A stretch of 64,000 nt of DNA from Desulfatiglandales bacterium (GTDB taxonomy: Bacteria; Desulfobacterota; DSM-4660; Desulfatiglandales; HGW-15). Shown here in pieces: positions 60,780 to 64,000 of this stretch. The first letter of the stretch is position 1; every line of letters begins with the position of its first letter. The notes beneath the pieces were generated by a model that had not been told where the DNA came from, ran no database searches, and saw only the letters and a list, made by a program, of their open reading frames with translations. Where the stretch lies: assembly GCA_963667015.2 (NCBI GenBank), contig CAXXJJ010000001.1, positions 736,001 through 800,000 on the forward strand, written 5' to 3'. The position numbers and the translations under genes were made by a program.

Positions 60780-60901
60780 TTCAACCTCAGAAAAAGCAAA
60801 ATCAATAAAAATTCTGGTTTATGAGCTGTCTGCTAAAAACACAAAAGCCAGATTTCCCTATCAACATGAGTCGTAGCATAAATTTTAACGCAAAATACTA
60901 C

Positions 60902-60917
60902 TTCAAATAGTGTGCCA
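60902..60917 (-). promoter_or_regulatory. Probable sigma54 promoter for the HK / CheD-HDOD genes
   Basis: TGGCAC-ACTAT-TTGAA (-12 GA instead of GC). Confidence 0.45.
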
Positions 60918-61069
60918 TTCCTGACAATGAGAAATATTCGGTATGTATTTTAATTGTTTGACTGTTTGATGTTTGTTAACCATCTGAAATAAAAAGAAAA
61001 GTAGTAGGTGTTCAAGCCCGGAAGAGGTGGGTGGCGATGAATCCGGGTGTTCTGTTTCAGGGATGCAAA

Positions 61070-61120
61070 ATGTAACATGTGTAACATTTTAATTGATGTG
61101 TAATGTTACACATGTTACAT
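61070..61120. promoter_or_regulatory. Perfect 19-bp inverted repeat; candidate enhancer (UAS)
   Basis: ATGTAACATGTGTAACATT-13 bp-AATGTTACACATGTTACAT. Confidence 0.6.
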
Positions 61121-61121
61121 A

Positions 61122-62849
61122 TCACGGCACGTTTTCCCGGATATTTTTTTCTTTCATCTTTCTGTAAAGTGTCTGCCTGCTTATGCCCAAATCCCTGGCT
61201 GCCTTTGCCTTGTTCCAGTCTGCCTTTTTGAGGGCATCAATGATCAATAGGGCTTCATTGGATTTATCAGATCTGATAGTCCTGTTTGCAGGTTCTCTGA
61301 GTTCTTTTATCTCGGAAGGGATATGATCCATTGATATCACATTTTCATGGCACAGGACAAAGGCATGTTCTATAGCATGCTCAAGTTCCCTGATATTTCC
61401 CGGCCACGGATACTGCATGAATACATTAAGGACATCATCCGTAACCCCTTCGATATTCTTGCCGAATTTAGTATTAAAGAGATCACAGAAATGTATGACC
61501 AGAAGTTCAATATCTTCCCTTCTCTCCCTCAGGGGAGGAAGAATTACCTCAACGACCTTGAGCCGGTAGTACAGGTCTTCCCTGAATTCTCCCTTTTCAA
61601 CCTTCTGCTTCAGGGGCTGATTGGTGCTTGTAATGATCCTCACGTCTACCTTCATGGGAGATGAGTCTCCGACCCGTTCCAGTTCCTTTTCCTGGATAAC
61701 CCTTAAAAGTTTTAACTGCACGGAAGGAGCAATATCGCCTATTTCATCCAGGAACATGGTGCCCTGGTTTGCTGCCTGAAAGCGGCCTATTTTGTTATTC
61801 AGGGCACCGGTGAATGCACCCTTTACATGTCCGAACAATTCACTTTCAAGCAGGTTTTCTGCCAGGGCCGAACAGTTCACAGTGACCATGGGCTTGAATG
61901 ACCTGGGGCCGCTGTAATGAAGAGCCTTTGCGATAAGCTCCTTTCCAGTACCGCTTTCCCCCGTGATTAAAACAGTGGTGTCAGTCTGTGCAAGGTCCTC
62001 GAGCAGCCTGTATATCCCCTGCATCTTACTGCTTTTGCCTATTATATTATGAAACTGATGCCTTTCCCTCAGTTCGTTTTCAAGGTCATTGAGCCTTGTT
62101 ACATCCCTGACCACAAGCACGGCGCCGATGGATTCATTGTTTTTATTTATAAGCGGTGAGCTGGTAACTGACACGACCTGGTGGACATTTTCAAGCTGGC
62201 CGCAGTCTATGCGCGTGTCACGGATGGTTGTCTGGCTTTTTAATGTCTCTCTAAGGATATTTTCGCAGGCATTGTTACATCGGTTGTATATAGGGGGCAT
62301 CTTTTTCCCGATCAGTTCTCTGGGACTCATACCGCATATCTTTTCAACCGCATCGTTGGCCTCGATAACTGTCATGTCCCTTGTGAAGGTTATTATCGCA
62401 TCGTTAACACTCCTGAATATCGCCTCCAGGTTATTCCTGATCCTCTCGTTTTCCTCTTCAACTGTCCTTTTTAAGTCTATCAGGGCCTTATGGTCCAGGG
62501 CAATCTTTGTCGCCCTCAGGAGCGGGTCCTTGTAGATCGGCTTAAGAAGATAGTCAAATGCCCCAAGCCTTACGGCCTCTGTTGTTGTCTGTATGCTGGG
62601 GTTTCCGGTCATCATGATCACCGGGCAGTATAGGCCCAGTTCCTTAACCTTGCTCAGTATCTCTATGCCTGTATGTCCTTTGAGTATAAGATCCGCAAAG
62701 ATCAGGTCCAGATTGTTATTTTCAATTATATCGATGGCAGATGAATAATCCTTGGAGGTGAACACCTCGTGTCCTTCATTGGAAAGATGGGTTTTAAAGG
62801 TGAATCTTATGCTCTCTTCATCATCTATTACGAGTATTTTTGCTCCCAT
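61122..62849 (-). CDS. Sigma54-dependent activator (REC-PAS-AAA+-Fis HTH)
   Basis: REC, PAS, GESGTGKELIA, ESELFGHVKGAFTGA, FLDEIG, FREDLYYRL, WPGNIREL, AARDLGISRQTLYRK. Confidence 0.96.
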   Translation of the reverse strand: MGAKILVIDDEESIRFTFKTHLSNEGHEVFTSKDYSSAIDIIENNNLDLIFADLILKGHTGIEILSKVKELGLYCPVIMMTGNPSIQTTTEAVRLGAFDYLLKPIYKDPLLRATKIALDHKALIDLKRTVEEENERIRNNLEAIFRSVNDAIITFTRDMTVIEANDAVEKICGMSPRELIGKKMPPIYNRCNNACENILRETLKSQTTIRDTRIDCGQLENVHQVVSVTSSPLINKNNESIGAVLVVRDVTRLNDLENELRERHQFHNIIGKSSKMQGIYRLLEDLAQTDTTVLITGESGTGKELIAKALHYSGPRSFKPMVTVNCSALAENLLESELFGHVKGAFTGALNNKIGRFQAANQGTMFLDEIGDIAPSVQLKLLRVIQEKELERVGDSSPMKVDVRIITSTNQPLKQKVEKGEFREDLYYRLKVVEVILPPLRERREDIELLVIHFCDLFNTKFGKNIEGVTDDVLNVFMQYPWPGNIRELEHAIEHAFVLCHENVISMDHIPSEIKELREPANRTIRSDKSNEALLIIDALKKADWNKAKAARDLGISRQTLYRKMKEKNIRENVP

Positions 62850-62850
62850 G

Positions 62851-64000
62851 TTATTCTGCCTTTATAGCCGGTTTTATAAAGAAGATATTGTCGACCATGG
62901 ATGTTAAAAAACCGGAGATATCAGCGGGAAGATTAACAGATGTAAAAAAATTGGTCTGTCCTTTAGAATCCCTGAAGAGTATTCCGGGTATTATGATCTT
63001 TACATTTTCCCTTTGGTTTCCCGAAACAGCATAAAAGGTATGTTTTTTACTGTCGAATGCAACACCTAAAAAATCGAGGGTTTTTGCTGTAAGATCATAG
63101 GCGTTTGTCTGGTCCGACGCAGACAGTACGGTAAAGCCGCGTTCCTTAAGGAGGTTGATTATATCTGTTCCTGGTCCGTGCAGGTCAATAATACAGTCCT
63201 TGCCGTTTCTCCTGAAAAAGTAATCCGCCTTTATGGTAAGGTTGAAATCCGAATCTTCTCCCTGGTAGATAGGGATATCCTCCCTGGCAGAAAAGTCCTG
63301 GCCTGCAAGCTCAAGGATCTTCTCTATTATGCTGTTTTTGTTTTCATCAATATCGACCGTACTGGAAGCTTCCGGAATGTCTTTTTCATCCGGGGCTCCC
63401 TGCGGGTACTCGATGATCTTTATGCCATGGCCTGTAAGAAACCTTTTTATTAAAGGAGAAACCGTGCCGCGGTCCTCATCTTTCAGGTTCAGGCATATGA
63501 TATTGTCTTTTGTGCCTGAAGATTCGGGCCGCAGCTTTATTATCCAGTCGGCGTTCAGTTCTATCTTGATGGCATCGTCAAATACCAGGCTTTCATCCTC
63601 GGCATAGATCCTGGCATAGTTGCATTCCGGAAGGACCTTTGCTACTGCACTTTTCAGATCATCTTTTTCCTTTATATGGACTATATGGTAGTTCTCCCAG
63701 TTGGATTTTATAAGCTTCGCCATTTTATCGGGCAGGCTGTCAAACAGATCCACTATGATCTTATCGCCGTCTCTCAGGTTTATTATGGGGTATGTTTCGG
63801 TATTGAGGTCAATCTGCCCGCCTGTTTTCAGGGGAATATAGTGCTTTCCCTGCTGGATGCATTCTTCTCCTATCAGGGTAAATATTCGGCCCAGGTGATC
63901 TCCGATCTCCTTTGCCTCAGGTCTTTCAACGGCGGTTTCCTGTTTCGTTTCTGCGGGTTTTTCCTCAATGGTGCCCCTGGCAATTGTCGGGGAATATATG
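62851..64000 (-). CDS. Conserved hypothetical protein, 5' end outside the window
   Basis: Frame stays open from base 63999 (IYSPTIARG...GKHYIPLKTGGQIDLNTETYPII...) to the stop at 62851, so it is longer than the ORF-track call. Confidence 0.75.
   Translation of the reverse strand, partial: IYSPTIARGTIEEKPAETKQETAVERPEAKEIGDHLGRIFTLIGEECIQQGKHYIPLKTGGQIDLNTETYPIINLRDGDKIIVDLFDSLPDKMAKLIKSNWENYHIVHIKEKDDLKSAVAKVLPECNYARIYAEDESLVFDDAIKIELNADWIIKLRPESSGTKDNIICLNLKDEDRGTVSPLIKRFLTGHGIKIIEYPQGAPDEKDIPEASSTVDIDENKNSIIEKILELAGQDFSAREDIPIYQGEDSDFNLTIKADYFFRRNGKDCIIDLHGPGTDIINLLKERGFTVLSASDQTNAYDLTAKTLDFLGVAFDSKKHTFYAVSGNQRENVKIIIPGILFRDSKGQTNFFTSVNLPADISGFLTSMVDNIFFIKPAIKAE

Overview
64 kb of bacterial chromosome. 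Gene content suggests an anaerobic Desulfobacterota (deltaproteobacterium); this is inference, not a database result. The backbone is housekeeping and signalling genes: tolQRAB-pal-cpoB, NamZ/MltD, two PilT-family ATPases, GTP-PEPCK, icd, a prkA-yeaH-spoVR-prkA operon, glnS, and many HDOD/two-component/sigma54 genes. An accessory region at ~25.8-39.4 kb interrupts it. That region holds a ParB-DNA methyltransferase fusion, three ~78-bp palindromic repeats punctuating truncated gene cassettes, a NERD gene, and an AT-rich signalling island bracketed by an 18-bp perfect inverted repeat. It ends at a dif-like site. Two candidate systems stand out. (1) At the left edge, an OvoA-C-terminal-like methyltransferase sits directly upstream of a molybdopterin enzyme resembling the metallopterin-dependent ergothioneine synthase family, a possible O2-independent ovothiol/thiohistidine pathway; the enzyme gene is truncated by the window. 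(2) At 21.0-21.4 kb there is a complete-looking type I toxin-antitoxin locus: a 60-aa hydrophobic ORF, an SD/anti-SD/anti-anti-SD switch, 5'-3' long-range pairing and a consensus-promoter antisense RNA. No tRNA, rRNA, CRISPR array, integrase or transposase was recognised. All family assignments are by eye from motifs; no searches were run.
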